This document shows positions 18,740 to 27,468 of a stretch of DNA of 64,000 nt, piece by piece. The DNA is from Clostridia bacterium (GTDB lineage Bacteria; Bacillota; Clostridia; Oscillospirales; CAG-272): the NCBI GenBank assembly GCA_017456545.1, contig JAFTJE010000015.1, positions 64,562-128,561 on the forward strand. Direction: 5' to 3'. How positions within the stretch are numbered: the stretch's first letter is position 1; each line of letters opens with the position of its first letter. The notes beneath the pieces are model-generated. The model searched no databases. It was given only the letters and a program-made list of their open reading frames with translations, and was not told the origin of the DNA. Made by a program: the position numbers and the translations under genes.

Positions 18740-19144
18740 ATGCCAAAGCCCAAAGCATTTATGTATAAATGGCTTATAGCCATAGGCTTGGGACTGTTAT
18801 GTATCGTCCTTGGTGTTGTGGTAGGAGGCATTGTGTTAAAGGAAATAATTCCTACCCTTTTCTTCATATTACAGGGAATATTTGTAATTTCTTGGTTTAT
18901 GCTTTTGGTTCCTTATGGCTTTTGCTTCAGCAAAGAAGAAATAGTAATTTACTATACCTTCAGAAAAAAGCTTATACGCATCAAGGATATAACAAGCTGT
19001 GATTTACAGGAAAGCGGTATCAGGACTTACCCTTGGGGGTGTTACTACCATATTATTGTAAATAAGCCCTTTACCCTTGACCAGGTTAAAATCCCACAAA
19101 ATCCCATAGCGGACTATTGGATTGCAAAATACAAAACAACATAG
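18740..19144 (+). CDS. small membrane protein (2 TM helices plus a soluble C-terminal domain)
   Basis: 134 aa. RBS GGCGGTGAG. Two N-terminal hydrophobic helices. Family unknown. Confidence 0.55.
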   Translation: MPKPKAFMYKWLIAIGLGLLCIVLGVVVGGIVLKEIIPTLFFILQGIFVISWFMLLVPYGFCFSKEEIVIYYTFRKKLIRIKDITSCDLQESGIRTYPWGCYYHIIVNKPFTLDQVKIPQNPIADYWIAKYKTT

Positions 19145-19178
19145 AAAGCCGACTCTGTGTCGGCTTTCTGTTATTTTT
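19143..19178. terminator. bidirectional terminator
   Basis: 11-bp stem AGAAAGCCGAC/GTCGGCTTTCT with loop TCTGT and T-rich flanks on both strands. Confidence 0.75.
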
Positions 19179-19737
19179 GAGGATAGTAAATACATCTTTC
19201 TTTAATACACTGTGGATTCAAGTGGAAGAACTGACATTTAATTTCCTCTCCTTCAAGCTCAATGTTATATTTTTCTTTCAGAAAGCTTACAGCATTGGAG
19301 AGGGTGATATATGCGTTTCGCTTACAGCAACGGGGACCACCCATAGTGCTCATTTTTTGTACTGCACGGCAGGTATGCTCCATGTTCTCTCCATACATAT
19401 CTCCGTCAGTGAGATGGCAAAGAGAATTGATAACTGCCATAGCGGCTCCAACGCCTGTTACCGCACCGCACACGCCCCATCTTCCACACATTCCGGGGGG
19501 CATCTTAATGCTTCTTGCGGAGAGCTGTTCAAACGCCTCGTCAATATCAATATTACCGCCCGCATTACGGAATGCTATAATAAGCGATGCTCCGTCAAGA
19601 AAATGATGCTCGGGACCGTGGATGTTTATGTAGTCCTTTTTCATAAGAGCCTTAGCCACCTCTATGGGATTTTTGGATGTCTGATCTATTATATCTCTTT
19701 TTATGCTTTCGTATTTTTCTTCCATTGTGTAGGTCAT
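19171..19737 (-). CDS. Cys-rich conserved hypothetical protein (possible metal or redox centre)
   Basis: Start set at ATG 19737 (MTYTMEE), after a GGAG RBS. Motifs HGPEHH, MCGRWGVCGAVTG and PRCCKRN. Family assignment is uncertain. Confidence 0.55.
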   Translation of the reverse strand: MTYTMEEKYESIKRDIIDQTSKNPIEVAKALMKKDYINIHGPEHHFLDGASLIIAFRNAGGNIDIDEAFEQLSARSIKMPPGMCGRWGVCGAVTGVGAAMAVINSLCHLTDGDMYGENMEHTCRAVQKMSTMGGPRCCKRNAYITLSNAVSFLKEKYNIELEGEEIKCQFFHLNPQCIKERCIYYPQK

Positions 19738-19768
19738 AATTATCTCCTTCAGTAGTGATATTGTTATA

Positions 19769-19797
19769 ATTATACCATATATACGGTATATTTGCAA
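19769..19797 (-). promoter_or_regulatory. sigma-A type promoter of the Cys-rich protein gene
   Basis: On the minus strand: TTGCAA, 17-nt spacer, TGg-TATAAT. Confidence 0.55.
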
Positions 19798-20018
19798 TGG
19801 AAATTAACGCAGCAGGAAAACTTGCCAATATTGTAGATAATATATAAGCTTATACGGTTTGCTTACAACAGTCCTAATGCTGTCTCTCCAAGCTTTAATT
19901 ATATAAAAAATACGACACAGTGTCGCAATTTTTATATTAATAAACACAAAAGAAGCCGTGGTACTCATTTTGTTACAGATGTATAATTTAGTCCTGTCGG
20001 CATATTCCTTTTATAACA

Positions 20019-20771
20019 TCACTCAAAAATCTCACGGGCTTTCCGTAGACTTTCTATTGGACTTTCTATGGGGAAATATTCCAGACCGATAGCTCCTGTA
20101 TAGCCTGCTTTATCTATGGCGTCTATAATTACACGGTAGTCGCTTTCTCCAAGCCAAGGCTCGTGCCTTCCGGGGTGTCCTGCTCCGTGAAGATGTGCAA
20201 TATAAGGTAAATTTGATATAACGGTGGGGATTATATTCCCCTCGGTAATTTGCTGATGGTAAATATCGAAAATAACTTTTACATATGGGCTGCCAACCTC
20301 CCGTACAATATCAAATGCCTCGGCAGAGGAGGAAAGGTAGTATCCCTTATGGTCAAAAATTGTATTTAGTGGCTCTATCATCAAGGTAATACCGTATTTT
20401 TCCAAAACAGGAGCTGCAAGGGTAAGCCCCTCAACAATAGCCTTATGCTGAAGCTCACGGGCAGCACCCGTATCATTTCCGACCTGGGTAATAATTCGCT
20501 TTACATTAAGTGCGGACGCAAATTCACAGGTCTTTTTAAGCCCCTCCAAAAACCCATCCCGATATATTGGGTCGTTTAGTCGGAACTCCGTTGTGCAAAG
20601 GCTTAAAAGCTCCACGCCTGTTTCATTGAGTACTGTCATTGCCTTATCGGGGTCTATACCGCCCCAACCCCAAAGCTCTACGGCATCATATCCGAGAGAG
20701 GCAACAGTCCGTATCGCATCACAAAAATCCGTATTCCTGAAAAAACAGGGTAGTACAACACAAGGTCTCAT
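20019..20771 (-). CDS. xylose-isomerase-like TIM-barrel protein (sugar phosphate isomerase/epimerase, Hyi-like)
   Basis: 250 aa. Resembles AP-endonuclease-2 / hydroxypyruvate isomerase type TIM barrels (IEPLN, HLHGAGHPGRHEP). AAGGAG RBS. Confidence 0.7.
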   Translation of the reverse strand: MRPCVVLPCFFRNTDFCDAIRTVASLGYDAVELWGWGGIDPDKAMTVLNETGVELLSLCTTEFRLNDPIYRDGFLEGLKKTCEFASALNVKRIITQVGNDTGAARELQHKAIVEGLTLAAPVLEKYGITLMIEPLNTIFDHKGYYLSSSAEAFDIVREVGSPYVKVIFDIYHQQITEGNIIPTVISNLPYIAHLHGAGHPGRHEPWLGESDYRVIIDAIDKAGYTGAIGLEYFPIESPIESLRKAREIFE

Positions 20772-20934
20772 AGTAAAGCTCCTTCTTGAAAGAATTATAT
20801 TTGAATTATACCATAAAAAAGCACAGCTGACAATATTTTTTATAATTTAATCCTGTGTATAATAATTGTTTACAAAAAAAGAAACCTGTGATATAATATA
20901 TGAAAATTTACTTTTATAAGAGAGGCTATAAAAA

Positions 20935-21252
20935 ATGGAAAAATACGCATGGAAGGCAAAAATAGTTGAGGGTGCTATTGAGGAGTATATAAAAAGGCAT
21001 GATGCCATCTGGGAAGAAATGAAGGAGGTTCTTTCCGAGGCTGGAATTGTAAACTACACCATATGGAATATAGGCAATGAGCTTTTTGGCTATTACGAGT
21101 GTGAAAAGGGGATAGAATATGCTGCAAGAGTCCAGAGAGAAAGCCCCGTTGTTGATAAGTGGAATGATTATATGAAGGATATTCTCATAATGGAAATGGA
21201 CCCCGAAACAGGTGCACAGCCACAGCTAACTAAGGTGTTTTCATTCAAATAA
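20935..21252 (+). CDS. rhaM: L-rhamnose mutarotase
   Basis: 105 aa. Matches the RhaM/YiiL pattern (YIKRHDAIWEEM, NYTIW). Confidence 0.8.
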   Translation: MEKYAWKAKIVEGAIEEYIKRHDAIWEEMKEVLSEAGIVNYTIWNIGNELFGYYECEKGIEYAARVQRESPVVDKWNDYMKDILIMEMDPETGAQPQLTKVFSFK

Positions 21253-21291
21253 ATTGTGCAATATCAAAATAATAATATAAAGACAAATATA

Positions 21292-21321
21292 TTGACATGA
21301 TTTATGAGATTGTGATATAAT
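21292..21321 (+). promoter_or_regulatory. sigma-A type promoter of the lipoprotein gene
   Basis: TTGACA, 18-nt spacer, TGa-TATAAT. Confidence 0.55.
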
Positions 21322-21352
21322 GATATTAACTAAAATATGGAGGAAATTAGAC

Positions 21353-21901
21353 ATGAAAAAAACATTGGTAAAGATTCTTGCATTGGCAGTAGTAGCAGTT
21401 TTTGCTCTTTCAATGATTGCATGTGGTGGTGGACCTCAGCCCAATCTTGATTTAGAGGATGCTGCAGATAATCTGAGGGATAACGGTTATTTGGTAACAT
21501 ACAATGACGATTTTGACGATCCCGGAATTGTAGCAACACTTAATGCTACTGATGATAGCTACAACTATATCAGAATGATCGAGTACAAGGATTCCACACT
21601 CGCTAAGCTCTCTTTGGAAGAGTATGAAATGAGGATGGAAACTGATCTCTTGGAGTTTGAATATGAGATTAAGGAATTGGAGCTTGAGATAGAGCAATTG
21701 GAGCACTATCTTGATGAGTATGCTGATAAGCTTTCCAGTGATGAAGAGGATGATCTTGAAGACGAGTTAGAAGACGCTAAGGATGATCTTGAGGAAGCAA
21801 AGGAAGAACTTGAAGATTATAAAAAAGAGAACTCCTGTGGCAGAAGTGGAAACATCGTCTGGTACGGTAAGGTTGATGCTATAGAAGATACCAAAGAGTA
21901 A
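21353..21901 (+). CDS. lipoprotein with acidic coiled-coil C-terminal half
   Basis: Start at ATG 21353 after a GGAGG RBS. Signal peptide ends in the lipobox-like MIAC. E/D-rich heptad-like tail. Confidence 0.6.
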   Translation: MKKTLVKILALAVVAVFALSMIACGGGPQPNLDLEDAADNLRDNGYLVTYNDDFDDPGIVATLNATDDSYNYIRMIEYKDSTLAKLSLEEYEMRMETDLLEFEYEIKELELEIEQLEHYLDEYADKLSSDEEDDLEDELEDAKDDLEEAKEELEDYKKENSCGRSGNIVWYGKVDAIEDTKE

Positions 21902-21930
21902 AAAAATATTTATAGAAAAGGAGATAAAAT

Positions 21931-22290
21931 ATGTATTGTCCAATATGCGGAAATCAGATTCCGGATAATTCGGTAGTATGCCCTGTATGTAACCAGCTGG
22001 TAACATATCAGGCTGACCCCAATCAGTTCGGAACACCCCCTAAGGCTCCCTCTAAGGTGCTTGGCATTCTCGGAACAATTTTCGGTGCTTTGGGTATTCC
22101 CCTTGCTATACTTATAGCATGCTTCGGTTATATTTTCGGTGGAGCATCCTTAGTGCTTTCTATCATAGGAAAATCAAAGAATCATGAAGATAAGCTGGCC
22201 TTGGTTGGTATTATCCTCGGTGCACTTGCAATTGTAGTTGCATTGATTAACTCCATTGCAGGAGTAATACTTTACAGCAGCTTGTTATAA
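21931..22290 (+). CDS. zinc-ribbon membrane protein (DUF4190-like)
   Basis: 119 aa. CPICG...CPVCN ribbon followed by two Gly-rich TM helices. Confidence 0.6.
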   Translation: MYCPICGNQIPDNSVVCPVCNQLVTYQADPNQFGTPPKAPSKVLGILGTIFGALGIPLAILIACFGYIFGGASLVLSIIGKSKNHEDKLALVGIILGALAIVVALINSIAGVILYSSLL

Positions 22291-22302
22291 GCTACATAAA
22301 TA

Positions 22303-22327
22303 AAGGAGGCATTTGCCTCCTTTTTTA
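22303..22327 (+). terminator. rho-independent terminator
   Basis: Stem AAGGAGGC/GCCTCCTT with loop ATTT, then a T-run. Confidence 0.8.
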
Positions 22328-22389
22328 TATCATATCTTTATACTGTCAAAGTTATAATGATTTGCATAAGATATAAAGAGGTGATATAA

Positions 22390-23004
22390 ATGAATTTGTA
22401 TGATTTATTTGTCCGATGCCTGGAAATACCCTATACCTGTGTGGATAATTCAGGGGATTATGCCGTCGAAAGGATAGGAAATACGCTGTACATATATCTT
22501 GAAAAATCAAGTGGAGCGGAGGATTGGAAAAATAATTTGGACTTTCCCATTAAGGCATATAAGGATATGGATGGGGGCATATGGTACGCCCACCGTGGAT
22601 TTTTAAGAGTGTGGAAAAGCATAGAGCCCTATGTCGGCAGATATATTTTTGACCCTTTAGTAAAGAGTATAGTAACAGTGGGCTATTCTCACGGTGGTGC
22701 CCTTGCCGTTCTGTGTCACGAATATATATGGTATAATCGTCCGGAGTTGAGAAAAAACATATACGGATACGGTTTTGGCTCACCAAAGGTAATATGGGGA
22801 CCAAAAAAGCAAGGGCATCTTGCACGCTGGGAGAACTTTACGGTAATACGCAATATTAACGATATAGTTACCCGCATCCCACCCTCCATTCTCGGCTACC
22901 ATCATGTCGGCTCGGTGTTGGAAATCGGTGCTAAGGGTAAATATTCCTCGGGCGACGCCCACCGTCCGGAAAGCTATCTTAATGAGCTTGAAATATACCA
23001 ATAA
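22390..23004 (+). CDS. class 3 lipase family (alpha/beta hydrolase) protein
   Basis: 204 aa. Nucleophile elbow GYSHGG. HRGF motif typical of lipase_3. Confidence 0.7.
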   Translation: MNLYDLFVRCLEIPYTCVDNSGDYAVERIGNTLYIYLEKSSGAEDWKNNLDFPIKAYKDMDGGIWYAHRGFLRVWKSIEPYVGRYIFDPLVKSIVTVGYSHGGALAVLCHEYIWYNRPELRKNIYGYGFGSPKVIWGPKKQGHLARWENFTVIRNINDIVTRIPPSILGYHHVGSVLEIGAKGKYSSGDAHRPESYLNELEIYQ

Positions 23005-23007
23005 ATG

Positions 23008-23035
23008 AAAAACTCGACACAAGGTCGAGTTTTTC
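23008..23035. terminator. bidirectional terminator
   Basis: AAAAACTCGAC-acaag-GTCGAGTTTTT. Confidence 0.8.
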
Positions 23036-23047
23036 CATATAATCACT

Positions 23048-23671
23048 TCATTTCTTAAGACCTGCAAGATGTCCGTCATAGCCGAATTTGTAGATGTAGA
23101 AATTCTCTCCGTCGAAATCAATTTCGGAAACAGAGGCGTTACATACCCAGGGCAGATGCTTCATTAAGGAAAGAGGGAGCTTCTGCACATAGCATTGAAC
23201 AGCACGCATCACAGCTGCATGAGTACCAATTAAAACAGTTTTTCCGTCTTCCTTTTTTGCTATTTCCGTAAGCTTGCTTATAACTCTTTTCTGGACCTCG
23301 GCCATTGTTTCACCTTTTGGTGGAGAGTTGAGTCCTGTGTCTGTTGCCCAGGCATAATGCTCCTTTGCATAGTCACGGTTTATCATCTCATAGGATAAGC
23401 CTTCCCATACCCCAACATTTATCTCCCGTAAATCCTCTTCCTTTGAAATTCTGAGCCCCAGTGTCTTAGCAACACCCTTAATCGTGTCATAAGCCCGTGA
23501 TAAGGGGCTTGAATAAACAGCATCCACCTTATAAACCTTCAAAATATATTCACAAACGGCATGAGCCTGTTTTTCTCCGAGTGCAGAAAGAGGAGTCTCC
23601 AGGCTTCCGATTAAATAACCGGTTTCATTCGCCTTGCTTTGACCGTGCCGTACAAAAATAAACTTTACCAT
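23048..23671 (-). CDS. histidine phosphatase family protein (phosphoglycerate mutase/CobC-like)
   Basis: 207 aa. N-terminal RHG motif (FVRHGQSKAN) and a later GTHAAV motif. Confidence 0.8.
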   Translation of the reverse strand: MVKFIFVRHGQSKANETGYLIGSLETPLSALGEKQAHAVCEYILKVYKVDAVYSSPLSRAYDTIKGVAKTLGLRISKEEDLREINVGVWEGLSYEMINRDYAKEHYAWATDTGLNSPPKGETMAEVQKRVISKLTEIAKKEDGKTVLIGTHAAVMRAVQCYVQKLPLSLMKHLPWVCNASVSEIDFDGENFYIYKFGYDGHLAGLKK

Positions 23672-23748
23672 ATTGCTTGTTTCCTTATTATTGTTTTCTT
23701 AATTATACCATATATAAAAAATTATTTCAAGCTTTGATATCTTGTACG

Positions 23749-23780
23749 AAAAAAGACTCCCGAACTTTTGTTCAGGAGCC
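23749..23780 (-). terminator. rho-independent terminator of the IscU-like/GGGtGRT operon
   Basis: On the minus strand: GGCTCCTGAAC-aaaa-GTTCGGGAGTC, followed by T6. Confidence 0.8.
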
Positions 23781-23813
23781 TTTTATTTTCAGGCAAAAGC
23801 CTTATTTTGCAAA

Positions 23814-24812
23814 TTATTTGCTAGCCTCTTCGATAGCAACTGCAACAGCAACGGTCATACCAACCATGGGGTTGTTACCTGCGCCGATAAGACCCATCAT
23901 CTCTACATGAGCAGGAACGGAGGAGGAGCCGGCAAACTGAGCATCACCGTGCATTCTACCCATTGTATCTGTCATACCGTAGGAAGCAGGACCTGCAGCC
24001 ATGTTATCGGGATGGAGTGTACGACCTGTACCGCCACCGGAAGCAACGGAGAAGTACTTAACACCATTCTCGTTGCACCACTTCTTGTATGTACCTGCAA
24101 CAGGATGCTGGAATCTTGTGGGGTTAGTGGAGTTACCTGTAATGGAAACACCAACATTCTCAAGTCTCATGATTGCAACACCTTCGGGAACACTGTCGGA
24201 GCCGTAGCACTTAACATCTGCACGGGGACCCTTGGAGAAGGGGATTTCCTTAATAACCTTAACCTCTTCTGCGAAGGGATCAAACTCTGTCTCAACATAT
24301 GTAAAGCCGTTGATTCTGGAGATGATGTAAGCTGCGTCCTTACCGAGACCGTTAAGGATTACACGGAGGGGCTTAACTCTAACCTTGTTAGCGTTAAGAG
24401 CAATCTTGATTGCACCCTCTGCAGCTGCGAAGGACTCGTGTCCTGCGAGGAAGCAGAAGCACTCTGTGCTTTCGGAAAGAAGCATAGAGCCGAGGTTACC
24501 GTGACCGAGACCAACCTTTCTGTTCTCAGCAACGGAGCCGGGGATACAGAATGACTGGAGACCGATACCGATAGCGGCAGCAGCGTCAGCAGCCTTTGTG
24601 CAGCCCTTCTTAATAGCGATAGCAGCACCTACTGTGTATGCCCACTTAGCGTTTTCAAATGCGATGGGCTGAGTTTCTTCAACTATCTTATAGGGGTTGA
24701 TGCCCTTAGCATCACAGATTTCCTTACACTCATCGATAGAGGAAATACCATATTCTTTCAAAACTGCGAGAATCTTCGCCTCGCGTCTTTCATAACCTTC
24801 AAAATGTGCCAT
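23814..24812 (-). CDS. GGGtGRT family protein (function unknown)
   Basis: 332 aa. The literal motif GGGTGRT is at aa 259-265 (nt 24018-24038). AAGGAGG RBS. Strong codon bias. Confidence 0.8.
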   Translation of the reverse strand: MAHFEGYERREAKILAVLKEYGISSIDECKEICDAKGINPYKIVEETQPIAFENAKWAYTVGAAIAIKKGCTKAADAAAAIGIGLQSFCIPGSVAENRKVGLGHGNLGSMLLSESTECFCFLAGHESFAAAEGAIKIALNANKVRVKPLRVILNGLGKDAAYIISRINGFTYVETEFDPFAEEVKVIKEIPFSKGPRADVKCYGSDSVPEGVAIMRLENVGVSITGNSTNPTRFQHPVAGTYKKWCNENGVKYFSVASGGGTGRTLHPDNMAAGPASYGMTDTMGRMHGDAQFAGSSSVPAHVEMMGLIGAGNNPMVGMTVAVAVAIEEASK

Positions 24813-24830
24813 TATGTATTCCTCCTTCTA

Positions 24831-25523
24831 TTACTGCTTACGGGGGTCAATGTACTTAACAGCATCAGCAAATCTGCCGTATGTACCCATTGCCTTAGCG
24901 TATGCTTCGTTGGGCTCCATGCCCTTCTTGATAAAGTCAGTCATCTTGCCGAGAGAAACGAACTCATAGCCGATAACCTGATCGTTTTCGTCAAGAGCCA
25001 TTCTTGTGCAGTAGCCCTCTGTCATTTCAAGGTAACGAACGCCCTTAGCCTTAGTACCGTACATAGTACCAACCATGGAACGCTCACCCTTACCGAGGTC
25101 TTCCATACCTGCACCGATAACGAGACCACCCTCGGAGAATGCAGACTGTGTTCTACCGTATACAATCTGGAGGAAGAGCTCACGCATTGCTGTATTGATA
25201 GCATCACAAACGAGGTCAGTATTAAGAGCCTCGAGAAGTGTCTTGCCGGGGAGAATTTCAGCAGCCATTGCTGCAGAGTGAGTCATACCGGAGCAGCCGA
25301 TAGTCTCAACAAGAGCCTCTTCGATAATACCGTCCTTAACATTGAGAGAGAGCTTGCAAGCACCCTGCTGAGGTGCACACCAGCCAATACCGTGTGTGTA
25401 GCCGGAAATGTCTGTGATCTGCTTTGCCATTACCCATTTTCCTTCTTCGGGAATAGGTGCGGGACCGTGGTGAGGACCCTTAGCAACGGAGCACATCTGT
25501 TCTACTTCGTGTGAATAAATCAT
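24831..25523 (-). CDS. IscU/NifU-like Fe-S scaffold-domain protein
   Basis: 230 aa. Three Cys in IscU-like contexts (QGACK, IGCSGM, LVCDAI). Ends 18 nt upstream of the GGGtGRT gene. Confidence 0.65.
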   Translation of the reverse strand: MIYSHEVEQMCSVAKGPHHGPAPIPEEGKWVMAKQITDISGYTHGIGWCAPQQGACKLSLNVKDGIIEEALVETIGCSGMTHSAAMAAEILPGKTLLEALNTDLVCDAINTAMRELFLQIVYGRTQSAFSEGGLVIGAGMEDLGKGERSMVGTMYGTKAKGVRYLEMTEGYCTRMALDENDQVIGYEFVSLGKMTDFIKKGMEPNEAYAKAMGTYGRFADAVKYIDPRKQ

Positions 25524-25559
25524 ATGAGTATCTCCTTGATATAAAATTTTTTCGATAAT

Positions 25560-25588
25560 ATTATATACTATTTCAGTCTCAAAATCAA
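25560..25588 (-). promoter_or_regulatory. sigma-A type promoter of the IscU-like/GGGtGRT operon
   Basis: On the minus strand: TTGATT, 17-nt spacer, TATAAT. About 30 nt upstream of the AAGGAG RBS. Confidence 0.55.
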
Positions 25589-25718
25589 TATCTTTTTCGA
25601 AAATTGTTTAATACTGTCTCTTTGTACAACTATGAAAACTTTTATTTATAAATTATGTTTACTTTTTATGGAAAATATGTTATACTGATATATAGTGAAT
25701 TTTGAAAAGGGGATATGT

Positions 25719-26420
25719 ATGAGAGTCGATAAGTTTTTATCTGAGATGGGTAAGGCTACCCGTACCGAAAGTGCTAAGCTTGCCAAGACGGGCAAAATTA
25801 CGGTCAATGGCTCCGTAATCAAAAGGTCGGATGTACATATCGACCCCGAAAAGGATGAATTGAGACTTTTTGGCGAGATTATTTCCTACAAGAAATACAC
25901 ATACATTATGATGAATAAGCCGGAGGGATATGTCAGTGCCACGGAGGACGGAAGGGATAAAACCGTTCTTGATCTCCTCACAGAGGAGGAAAGAAGAAAA
26001 AATCTGTTCCCTTGCGGACGCCTTGACAAGAACACACTCGGACTTATCATTCTTACAAACGATGGAGACAGTGCCCACAGGCTGCTTTCTCCAAAGCACC
26101 ATGTTCCAAAGACCTATGCGTTCAAGTCAAAATATCCTCTTTCAAGTGATGATGTTAAAAGCCTTGAGGCAGGAGTAGATATAGGCGGTTATGTAACTAA
26201 GCCCTGTACACTTAACCTTGATTCTGACGGCACAGGTGGAAAAATAACTATAACCGAGGGTAAATATCATCAAATCAAGCTTATGCTTGATGCAGTGAAA
26301 AACAAGATAACCTATCTTGAAAGGCTTACCTTCGGGAATATAAGGCTTGATGAAAATTTGAAGAGAGGAGAATGGCGACACCTTACAGCTGATGAAGAGT
26401 CGCTGCTGCTTGAAAAATGA
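25719..26420 (+). CDS. rsuA: RsuA-family pseudouridine synthase (S4 domain plus catalytic GRLD)
   Basis: Start set at ATG 25719 (MRVDKFL). S4 domain, catalytic-Asp motif GRLD, and KTY motif. Confidence 0.8.
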   Translation: MRVDKFLSEMGKATRTESAKLAKTGKITVNGSVIKRSDVHIDPEKDELRLFGEIISYKKYTYIMMNKPEGYVSATEDGRDKTVLDLLTEEERRKNLFPCGRLDKNTLGLIILTNDGDSAHRLLSPKHHVPKTYAFKSKYPLSSDDVKSLEAGVDIGGYVTKPCTLNLDSDGTGGKITITEGKYHQIKLMLDAVKNKITYLERLTFGNIRLDENLKRGEWRHLTADEESLLLEK

Positions 26421-27466
26421 AAAAATATCTATTACCCGATAATGTAAATTGGTACAGAGCCAATATGCATTGTCACACTACATGCTCCGACGGAACACTT
26501 ACCCCGGAGGAGGTTAAGGAGGCGTATAAGGCACAGGGTTATTCCATAGTTGCTTATACCGACCACGAGATTCTTCTTGATCACTCCGATTTGAATGATA
26601 AAGACTTTCTGGCTATCACAAGCTCAGAGTATTCTGTTAATGAGGCAGTCCCCTCCTTTTCTGTAATTGAGGCAAACACACCCGATTGGCAGAGGAAAAA
26701 GGTATATCATATGAACATATTTTCAAAGGATCCTCATAATACCCTTCAACCTGCCACAAGTGAGGAGCAGTTTGGTCACCTTAAGGAAAGATATGCTGAT
26801 GTATTCAAGGGTGACGGACACATAAGAGAATATTCTATTGAGGGTGCTAACGAAATTATCAGAAAATGTAATGAGGCAGGCTTTCTTGTGCAGCTTAACC
26901 ATCCCAACTGGTCTCTTAACGAAAAAGAGGATTATGTAGGTCTTAAGGGGCTTTGGTCTTTGGAAATCCTCAACTATGCTACCGAGTGCATTTCCGGTGC
27001 AGAGTATTGCCCGTACATATATGATGAAATGGTAAGAAACGGTATGCACAATCTTTTCTGCTCGATGGGAGATGATAATCATAACAGGGGCAGATCTCTT
27101 GGTCACTCCTTTGGTGGCTCAACTATGATAGGTGCTAATGAACTTGAGTACGGACAGATTATGGAGGCCCTTGAAAAGGGTGAATTCTACTGTACAAGCG
27201 GACGGGAAAACCCACCTCTTATAAAGGCACTCTATGTGGAGGACAATATAGTAAAGATTGATTTCTCCCCGGCTGTAAAGGTTTTCCTTACAGGCTATTG
27301 CAGATCCTTCCGTTTCTATGATGAGGAGGGAGCTGAGTTTACCCACGCAGAGTTTAATCTTTGGAAAAGTGATGAAATGTTCCGCATTACGGTGCGTGAT
27401 AAATACGGTAATAATGCTCATACGCACTTTTATAAAGTCAGCGATTACTTTGAGGATGGGAAATAA
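26417..27466 (+). CDS. PHP-domain phosphoesterase, paralog A
   Basis: 349 aa. NMHCHTTCSDG and YTDHE motifs. The ATGA start overlaps the rsuA stop. Confidence 0.7.
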   Translation: MKKYLLPDNVNWYRANMHCHTTCSDGTLTPEEVKEAYKAQGYSIVAYTDHEILLDHSDLNDKDFLAITSSEYSVNEAVPSFSVIEANTPDWQRKKVYHMNIFSKDPHNTLQPATSEEQFGHLKERYADVFKGDGHIREYSIEGANEIIRKCNEAGFLVQLNHPNWSLNEKEDYVGLKGLWSLEILNYATECISGAEYCPYIYDEMVRNGMHNLFCSMGDDNHNRGRSLGHSFGGSTMIGANELEYGQIMEALEKGEFYCTSGRENPPLIKALYVEDNIVKIDFSPAVKVFLTGYCRSFRFYDEEGAEFTHAEFNLWKSDEMFRITVRDKYGNNAHTHFYKVSDYFEDGK

Positions 27467-27468
27467 TT

